A DNA stretch of 64,000 nucleotides from Octopus sinensis (Eukaryota): the NCBI RefSeq assembly GCF_006345805.1, contig NC_043022.1, positions 930,001 to 994,000 on the forward strand, given 5' to 3'. Positions within the stretch are counted from its first letter, which is position 1; every line of letters starts with the position of its first letter. The position numbers and the translations under genes were made by a program. Below, piece by piece: positions 63,635 through 64,000 of this stretch. The notes under the pieces are model-generated. The model was given only the letters and a program-made list of their open reading frames with translations. It was not told where the DNA came from and ran no database searches.

Positions 63635-63679
<45 letters not shown>

Positions 63680-63900
63680 ATAGATATGGCTTGTCTATGG
63701 GATTACCCTGGGTTTCTTGTCCATAAAGTGCTTCACTTTACAGCGTTTCTTCAAACCCTAAAATCCGTTGGCCTCGGGTCTGAAGAAATGCTGTTAACCC
63801 AACAGACCAGCCATAATCTATCTTTATATACTCTGCTGGTCTGGAACTTAGTATATGCTTCTCTTTCAGATTTATTGAAGTTATATATATATATATATAT

Positions 63901-64000
63901 GGAGGCGCGCAATGACCTAGTGGTTAGGGCAGCGAACTCGCGGTCGTAGGATCGCGGTTTCAATTCCCAGACCAGGCGTTGTGTATGTTTATTGAGCGAA
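63901..64000 (+). mobile_element. SINE family D tRNA-like head (cut by window end)
   Basis: A-box TGACCTAGTGG, B-box GGTTTCAATTCC; matches 31311-31626. Confidence 0.85.

Noticed and set aside
63901-63975. tRNA gene
   Set aside because: It continues into SINE family D body sequence and matches 31311-31626. It is a SINE head without a proper acceptor stem; the same applies to the other tRNA-like heads.

Overview
Eukaryotic, AT-rich, repeat-dense DNA. The SINE types and (TA)n/(CA)n load suggest an octopus or other cephalopod; this is an inference, not a database result. One protein-coding gene is well supported: MRPL44 (mitoribosomal mL44, RNase III-like domain plus dsRBD) on the + strand. I assembled it by hand from 9 GT-AG coding exons between 1 and 39269 (902 nt, 299 aa plus stop, one consistent frame). 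Its N-terminus lies upstream of the window. Almost all ORFs in the supplied track are microsatellite or SINE artefacts. The rest of the window holds several tRNA-derived SINE families, RTE, Penelope-like and R4/Dong-like (RLE) LINE fragments, piggyBac-, hAT- and Tc1/pogo-type MITEs, two non-autonomous Helitrons and microsatellites. The most unusual item is at 6552-7004: a composite of a tRNA-like head and a Penelope-type tail carrying hammerhead-ribozyme cores. It is inserted exactly at a MRPL44 splice donor, and the donor is duplicated. Other notable items are RLE retrotransposon ends embedded in (TACA)n and (TAA)n repeats, a spacerless SINE palindrome, a CpG-retaining 48-57 kb domain with promoter- and splice-like signals, and an 820-bp near-identical tandem duplication that may be an assembly artefact. 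Exon coordinates are exact; most repeat boundaries are approximate (about +/-20 bp).
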